From Verrucomicrobiota bacterium (GTDB lineage Bacteria > Verrucomicrobiota > Verrucomicrobiia > Opitutales > Cerasicoccaceae), in NCBI GenBank assembly GCA_039818205.1, contig JBCBUK010000003.1, positions 128,001 through 192,000 of the forward strand: DNA of 64,000 bases, in the 5' to 3' direction. The position numbers and the translations under genes are program-made. The first letter of the stretch is position 1. Each line of letters starts with the position of its first letter. The notes under the pieces are model-generated. The model saw only the letters and a list, made by a program, of their open reading frames with translations, ran no database searches and was not told the origin of the DNA. This document shows positions 63,741 through 64,000 of this stretch, piece after piece.

Positions 63741-64000
63741 ATGGCAGAAACAGAAAGCCCAGTTTTTCTTGTAGATGCCTACTCGGAACCCGTACTCCTG
63801 AAGATCCAGGGCCGAGCCAGTTTCCTCAATTGTGCTCCCGTTCGTGATTTGTTTGACCGTGTTGCCGAGATGGGTAAACGCAACGTAGTCATTGACTTCC
63901 ATGAATGCACCGGAATGGATAGCACCTTTTTGGGCATCATGGCTGGGGCGGCTTTGGAATTTCGAAAACTCGAGCCTGCGGGAAGTTTTACCCTGGTCCG
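63741..64000 (+). CDS. STAS-domain anti-sigma-factor antagonist (truncated by the window end; absent from the ORF track)
   Basis: Own translation: MAETESPVFLVDAYSEPVLLKIQGRASFLNCAPVRDLFDRVAEMGKRNVVIDFHECTGMDSTFLGIMAGAAL..., carrying the STAS MDS(T)xLG motif. Confidence 0.85.
   Translation, partial: MAETESPVFLVDAYSEPVLLKIQGRASFLNCAPVRDLFDRVAEMGKRNVVIDFHECTGMDSTFLGIMAGAALEFRKLEPAGSFTLV

Overview
Bacterial chromosomal window of roughly 50-55% GC (estimated by eye). It is probably from the PVC superphylum, most likely Verrucomicrobiota/Opitutia. This is inferred from a stand-alone FecR protein, an SHD1 domain, an LpxL-GT9 fusion and SD-less starts; no marker gene is present. Positions 1-38.3 kb hold one large surface-glycan locus: a TPR protein, an O-antigen-ligase/O-OTase-family gene, a FecR-domain protein, an outer-membrane beta-barrel, a phosphodiester glycosidase, Wzy, about 13-15 glycosyltransferases, an FkbM methyltransferase, two sulfotransferases, an epimerase, an AsnB-type amidotransferase, Wzm/Wzt, a short periplasmic OPX (Wza), Wzc, and an rmlB-(NRS/ER-like)-rmlA block with no rmlC. 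Positions 38.4-64 kb are a housekeeping mosaic: pirin, sigma54-driven amtB-glnK, orphan mlaE, phytoene/squalene synthase, a B12 radical-SAM enzyme, a lipoprotein, an LpxL-GT9/CPBP/SGNH-methyltransferase/MsbA operon, an AT-rich islet, clpB (sigma54 promoter, probably leaderless), a secreted beta-helix protein with Pho-box-like repeats, an SHD1-glutaredoxin-like protein, a SleB-like hydrolase, peroxiredoxin, acnA and a truncated STAS gene. I saw no rRNA, tRNA, CRISPR array or transposase. The best leads are (i) a FecR-acceptor/O-OTase pair arranged like pilin-tfpO, possibly a protein O-glycosylation system fed by a sulfated glycan, (ii) a eukaryote-type bifunctional rhamnose epimerase-reductase replacing RmlC and RmlD, and (iii) the fused lipid A/core operon. 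All calls come from motif recognition by eye; no database searches were run.
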